64,000 bases of DNA, taken from positions 717,067 to 781,066 of the forward strand of contig OZ220716.1 of the NCBI GenBank assembly GCA_965116795.1, in the 5' to 3' direction. The stretch is from Gammaproteobacteria bacterium. Its GTDB lineage: Bacteria > Pseudomonadota > Gammaproteobacteria > JAJFKG01. How positions within the stretch are numbered: the stretch's first letter is position 1; the number at the start of each line of letters is the position of its first letter. Below the pieces are notes generated by a model, which saw only the letters and a list, made by a program, of their open reading frames with translations, was not told where the DNA came from and did not search any database. Positions 59,332-64,000 of the stretch are shown here, piece by piece. The translations under genes and the position numbers were made by a program.

Positions 59332-61749
59332 TTAAAACAGTTCTTCCGGCATTAACTCATCAACTGTTGATATGGGTGTTGTTGGTGTGTTGGTATTGTT
59401 GGCTATTGGTTTAGTATTTTTTGGAGCATATTCTTTACGAAATAGTTCAAATTTCGTGTCTTGTTGTTCTGTTGATGCAGGTAAACCGGTTTTTCTATCA
59501 ATACGTACTGTCACAATGCCAGGCGGTTGCGATAAACTGTGCTCTGGGCGATTCGCTAGTGCATATTTCATGAAATCGATCCAAATTGGTAACGCTAATT
59601 GTTGCCCATATTCATGTACACCACGTGGTGCATCAAAACCAGTCCACACAGTTAGTACAATATCACCATTAAAACCAGAGAACCATGCGTCGACTTGTTT
59701 ATTTGTCGTGCCTGTTTTACCTGCTAAGTCTTGACGGTGTAATGTGCGTGCGCGTCGTCCAGTCCCATACTTAATCACATCTTGTAATGCTGATGTAATT
59801 AGGTAGGCATTGCGTGGTGAAATAATACGAGGCGCTAATGGTTGATCAACATCACCGCGCATTGATATATCCGATGTATAACACGTTGCACAGGCAATGT
59901 TTGGTATTGCTTGATATAATACATCATTGTCATCGTCAGTAATGCGTTGAATGAAGTGTGGTGTGATTTTGTAACCACCATTAGCAAAACTGGCGTAACC
60001 TTGAGCTAATTCTAATGGAGTAACTGTCCCACTACCCAGTGCTAGCGACAGTGTGTTTGGTAATTGTGTTTCTACAAAGCCAAATCGTTGTAAATACTGG
60101 CGAGCAAATGGAATGCCAATGGTTTGCAGTAGACGGACAGTAACTAAATTTGTTGAGTGGATAATACCATAACGTAATCGTGTCGGTCCGTGAAAACGGT
60201 GATTATCATTGTTAGGGCGCCATGCATCTTCTGCCGATGCATCCTCGATAACAATGGGTGCATCGTTAATAATACTGGCTAGAGTCAATCCTTTTTCTAG
60301 TGCAGCTGAATAGATAAATGGTTTAAATGCAGAGCCAGGTTGCCTTTGTGCTTGAATAGCTCGATTAAATTTACTTTGATTAAAATTAAAACCACCGACT
60401 AATGCCAGTAGTGCACCGTTACTTGGATTAAGGGCAACCAACGCACCTTGTATAATAGGTAATTGTGTTAAGCGCCATTGGTTACCTATTTGACGAACTC
60501 GGATGACATCACCTGGTTTAAGAATATCACTTGCTTGGGTTGGTGTACGCCCTAGTATATTACGTTTGGCATTGATCACTGGACGTGCCCATTTCAATCC
60601 AGACCATGGTAATGTGATTTGCTGACCATCGGCTAATAATGCTGTTGCTGATTGTGTTTGCGTTGCAAGTACGATTGCTGGCAGAATATCTGCAATGGTG
60701 GGTGTGTTACTCAAGATCTGCTGTGCATCTCCCAGAGTTGTTACAGGTGGGTGATGTTGTTCAATACCACGATAACCATGACGTTTACTATAGGCCAATA
60801 GTCCATTGCGCACATTGCGGGTTGCTTGTTTTTGTAATTGACTATCAATAGTAGTGTAGATCTTTAAGCCCATGGTATAAGCAGCATCACCATATTCAGC
60901 AAGTAATGTTGTGCGTGCCATTTCTGCAATATAGGGTGCATTAACTTCGGGTGATGAGCCGTGATAACTCGCTGTGATAGGGACATTGGTAGCAGTTTGG
61001 TAAACGGTTTCATCAATATAATGTTCTTCTAACATACGGCTTAATACATGGTTACGTCGCTTTAGTGCTGCCTCAGGATTTGCAATTGGGTTTATTGCTG
61101 ATGGCGCTTTGGGTAACCCGGCAATCATCGCAAATTGTACCAAGGTTAATTCATTTAATGGTTTTCCATAGTACACAGTTGCAGCTGCGCCAACACCATA
61201 GGCGCGATTACCTAAATAAATTTTATTAAGGTATAACTCAAGAATTTTACGTTTGCTTAATTCTTTATCAATTTTGATTGCCAGTAAGATTTCTCTTAAT
61301 TTGCGTGTATACGTTTTCTTGCGTGATAGAAAAAAGTTGCGTGCTACTTGCATGGTGATCGTGCTACCACCTTGATCTTTTTCACCAGTTAATACCAACT
61401 GCCAGGCAGCACGTAATAAACCCACTGGATCAATACCAGGGTGTTGGTAAAAACGTTGGTCTTCTGTCGCTAGGATCGCATCAATTAGTGGTTTTGGAAT
61501 GGCATCGATTGGTATTGGAATGCGGCGTTTATCACCATATTCTGCAATCAATTTTTCATCTGCAGTAAATACGCGTAGCGGTACTTGGAAACGCACATCT
61601 TTTAATACATTAACGTTTGGTAATTGTTGTTCAAAATAAATATAGGTAGCTGCTAAGCCTACCAAGCTAAGTGCTGTTAATGTGATTAATCCTTTACCTA
61701 TGGTTGCCCAAACGGATCGAGGGTTACGCTTGTTTGTTTGCTTAGCCAT
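59332..61749 (-). CDS. mrcA: penicillin-binding protein 1A (bifunctional transglycosylase/transpeptidase)
   Basis: GT51 motifs (EDQRFYQHPGIDP…GGSTITMQ), transpeptidase SxxK (…QPGSAFKPF), KTGT. 805 aa. Followed by pilMN, as for ponA in pseudomonads. Confidence 0.9.
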   Translation of the reverse strand: MAKQTNKRNPRSVWATIGKGLITLTALSLVGLAATYIYFEQQLPNVNVLKDVRFQVPLRVFTADEKLIAEYGDKRRIPIPIDAIPKPLIDAILATEDQRFYQHPGIDPVGLLRAAWQLVLTGEKDQGGSTITMQVARNFFLSRKKTYTRKLREILLAIKIDKELSKRKILELYLNKIYLGNRAYGVGAAATVYYGKPLNELTLVQFAMIAGLPKAPSAINPIANPEAALKRRNHVLSRMLEEHYIDETVYQTATNVPITASYHGSSPEVNAPYIAEMARTTLLAEYGDAAYTMGLKIYTTIDSQLQKQATRNVRNGLLAYSKRHGYRGIEQHHPPVTTLGDAQQILSNTPTIADILPAIVLATQTQSATALLADGQQITLPWSGLKWARPVINAKRNILGRTPTQASDILKPGDVIRVRQIGNQWRLTQLPIIQGALVALNPSNGALLALVGGFNFNQSKFNRAIQAQRQPGSAFKPFIYSAALEKGLTLASIINDAPIVIEDASAEDAWRPNNDNHRFHGPTRLRYGIIHSTNLVTVRLLQTIGIPFARQYLQRFGFVETQLPNTLSLALGSGTVTPLELAQGYASFANGGYKITPHFIQRITDDDNDVLYQAIPNIACATCYTSDISMRGDVDQPLAPRIISPRNAYLITSALQDVIKYGTGRRARTLHRQDLAGKTGTTNKQVDAWFSGFNGDIVLTVWTGFDAPRGVHEYGQQLALPIWIDFMKYALANRPEHSLSQPPGIVTVRIDRKTGLPASTEQQDTKFELFRKEYAPKNTKPIANNTNTPTTPISTVDELMPEELF

Positions 61750-62126
61750 AGTGAGAGAATAGTACTCTGTTTCTGTTTATCTCGCTAGACTCGGTGTTCT
61801 TGAATTGTAGACGTTATTGCCATAATCCTGTCTGTCATCCTAAAATCCAACTGCGGATTTTCGGATCATATATATTGCTTGTGCTTGGATTAGTCACGAC
61901 ATTACGTTAATCACCATTAATTGTCACAATCTGAAACCTTGACAGCATGACAAGCAGTTGCGTAATATCATGACACTGCTAACTAATCTTATGAATTCCT
62001 AAGAAAATGACCATTGTTGGTGCTCTTTTTTATTCCAGCCATTGTGTGTGACGTGTTATTGATAACCTAAATAGCTATTTGCACATTCTCAGAGTCTGAG
62101 TCGTTATTTGACATGTTTGTTTCAAC

Positions 62127-62288
62127 CTATACTCAAAGCGTTTTGAATGTAGGCGAGGCGGCAACCCTGGATAATCTCCGATTTCCAGGGCGAGGCTCCT
62201 CTTCGAATCAAAAGGAGTGTATTGAAATACATGACTTTTGTGAGAAAGCGCAGCCAACAAAGCCTAAATTTAAAACGAGAAGAGTATT
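62127..62288. repeat. family-1 intergenic repeat (copy C) carrying an extra about 38-bp internal insert (ACCCTGGATAATCTCCGATTTCCAGGGCGAGGCTCCT, itself a hairpin)
   Basis: Aligned by eye to copies A and B. Located upstream of pilM. Confidence 0.7.
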
Positions 62289-62367
62289 ATCAATGCACGG
62301 TTGTCATTGAATTGATTGGTATAGATATTGCACCTACTCCGCGCTGGAATACAAAAGGACAAAAAAC

Positions 62368-63444
62368 GTGTTTAAATTGTTCAAAAAGCAAAAAAGTGGG
62401 CTGTTAGGGATTGATATCAGCTCTAGTGCCGTCAAAATTTTGGAATTAGGTTTTGCTGGCAAGCAGTACTCTGTTGAGTATTTTGCTACGTCACAGTTTC
62501 GTAGTTCTGCCGTGATTGAAAAAGATATCCGCGATATTGACGCCGTTGCCCAAGCTATTAAAGATGCTTATCTCAATTCTCAGTCACAGACCCGTGCGGC
62601 GGCAGTTGCTGTTGCAGGGTCATCGGTAATCACAAAAATTATTCAAATGGATGCTGGATTACTTGATCACGAAATTGAAGCACAAATCTACGGTGAAGCT
62701 GATCGTTATATTTCTTATCCTATTGAAGAAATGAATGTTGATTTTGAAGTACTTGGCGTCAATGAATCCGATCCAAATTTAGTGGATATCTTAATTGCTG
62801 CTGCACGTACCGAAAATGTTGATGCTCATATTGAAACATTACATCAAGCTGGCCTACAACCGCAAGTAGTTGGTGTTGAAATTTATGCAGTTGAGCGTGC
62901 GTACCAATTAATTGCAAAACGATTACCTAATCAGGGTCAGGATCTAACTGCAGCTATTGTTGATATTGGTGATGAACTATCAACTATCAGCGTATTATGT
63001 TCAGGCAAGACGATCTATATGCGTGATGAATTATTTGGTGGACAACAACTCACTAATATGATCATGCAACACTACAATTTAACTAAGCACGAAGCAGAAA
63101 AAATGAAATTGTCTGCTGATCTGCCTGACGATTACCAACAAAAAGTATTAGAACCATTTCAGCAAGAATTATTGCAACAGGTTAATCGTGGATTACAGTT
63201 TTTTAATACATCCGAACAACATCGTGCTATTGACATTATTTTATTAGCAGGTTGGTGTTCTGGGATCCCTGGTTTAATGCAACATATTGCTGAAGCAACT
63301 AATACAAACACAATAATAGCCAATCCGTTAGAAGGATTAAAAATTAATAGTCGCATCAATAGAGATGAATTATTAAAAAAAGGTCCGCAATTATTAATTG
63401 CTTGTGGCCTAGCAATGAGGGCTTTTACCGATGCCACATATTAA
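62368..63444 (+). CDS. pilM: type IV pilus assembly protein PilM (actin-like ATPase fold)
   Basis: 358 aa. GIDISSSAVKILEL… N-terminus and conserved PilM architecture. Upstream of pilN. Confidence 0.85.
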   Translation: MFKLFKKQKSGLLGIDISSSAVKILELGFAGKQYSVEYFATSQFRSSAVIEKDIRDIDAVAQAIKDAYLNSQSQTRAAAVAVAGSSVITKIIQMDAGLLDHEIEAQIYGEADRYISYPIEEMNVDFEVLGVNESDPNLVDILIAAARTENVDAHIETLHQAGLQPQVVGVEIYAVERAYQLIAKRLPNQGQDLTAAIVDIGDELSTISVLCSGKTIYMRDELFGGQQLTNMIMQHYNLTKHEAEKMKLSADLPDDYQQKVLEPFQQELLQQVNRGLQFFNTSEQHRAIDIILLAGWCSGIPGLMQHIAEATNTNTIIANPLEGLKINSRINRDELLKKGPQLLIACGLAMRAFTDATY

Positions 63445-64000
63445 CTTATTGCCATGGCGCGAAGAGCGTCGTGATACTTCAAAAAAAGAATTCCTGACAG
63501 TACTGGGGGGTATTGCCATTATTGCTGTTTTGCTAATTGGTTTAATGCATTTATTTATTATGCGAAATATCAGCACTCAAAATAGTGTTAATAATTACCT
63601 AAATAAGCAAATGGCGACTATTAAAGCAGAGGTTGACCAAGGTAAACAACTAGAGGAAAAGAAACAAACGTTACTTAGTTATGTCAATGAGTTGCATGAT
63701 ATTAACAAAGAACGTATTGAAACAGTTTTGCTATTTAATCAGTTAATTGTTTCTGTTCCAGATGGTGTATATCTAACTCATTTTGAGCGTGATGGTGAAA
63801 CCGTTGAAATCAACGGGATAGCTGAATCAAACACAAGCGTATCACAGTTAATGCGTAACATAGAGCGATCTGAGACTGTGCGTGAATCAATATTGTCGCG
63901 TATTGAAAATACTGACAAGTCAGGGCAAGGCATTAACGTTTTCACCGTTAAACTTGTATTAAATACAATACAAACTGGTCAGCAGAAAACATCAAAAAAA
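63431..64000 (+). CDS. pilN: type IV pilus assembly protein PilN (5' part; runs off the window)
   Basis: MPHINLLPWREERRD… is the canonical PilN start, followed by a single TM and a coiled-coil. Overlaps the pilM stop. Confidence 0.8.
   Translation, partial: MPHINLLPWREERRDTSKKEFLTVLGGIAIIAVLLIGLMHLFIMRNISTQNSVNNYLNKQMATIKAEVDQGKQLEEKKQTLLSYVNELHDINKERIETVLLFNQLIVSVPDGVYLTHFERDGETVEINGIAESNTSVSQLMRNIERSETVRESILSRIENTDKSGQGINVFTVKLVLNTIQTGQQKTSKK

Noticed and set aside
1-64000. CRISPR arrays, rRNA genes, integrons, prophage blocks
   Set aside because: No direct repeats of 25-40 bp with regular unique spacers were seen. No rRNA-like conserved sequence, no attC-like sites adjacent to an integrase, and no phage structural genes. 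The only tRNA (Arg-CCG) has no adjacent integrase.

Overview
The window looks like a chromosomal segment of a fairly AT-rich gammaproteobacterium. Gene order (polA next to type-II thrB, ponA followed by pilMN, hemCDXY, ubiC-ubiA, tkt-gap) resembles Pseudomonadales or Moraxellaceae-like genomes, but no taxon is asserted. All coordinates are 1-based and inclusive. Housekeeping genes are dense at both ends: polA, thrB, ilvE, metNIQ, rpoH, fba, hemCDXY, tkt, gap, xthA, rpmE, ubiCA, ponA, pilMN, a tRNA-Arg(CCG), and a cobalamin-riboswitch-controlled btuB-tonB pair. The centre (about 10.9-31.2 kb) is a roughly 20 kb polysaccharide or glycoconjugate locus that is visibly more AT-rich than its flanks. 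It contains a WecA-like initiating transferase, a decayed EpsG/Wzy-type polymerase remnant, three GT4-type (GT1-fold) and three GT2 glycosyltransferases, and a GT2 fragment cut by an IS remnant. It also has an MsbA-like fused ABC exporter, four SAM-dependent methyltransferases (one FkbM-type), a GMC-family flavin oxidoreductase, a UDP-glucuronate 4-epimerase, ugd and galU. This locus is the strongest candidate for an undescribed methylated, uronic-acid-containing glycan system. The other notable candidates are listed here. (i) A Met-codon-rich leader peptide plus an intrinsic terminator sits directly upstream of metNIQ, consistent with a possible translation-coupled attenuator. (ii) A two-gene operon pairs a cNMP-binding protein with a 941-aa multi-pass transporter-like membrane domain fused to HEAT repeats. 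(iii) There are two families of small MITE/REP-like intergenic repeats. (iv) A HigBA toxin-antitoxin pair is present. (v) There is a MetI-MetQ gene fusion that keeps a vestigial lipobox. (vi) A ThDP-enzyme and aldehyde-dehydrogenase pair is present. No CRISPR arrays, rRNA genes or intact transposons were seen.
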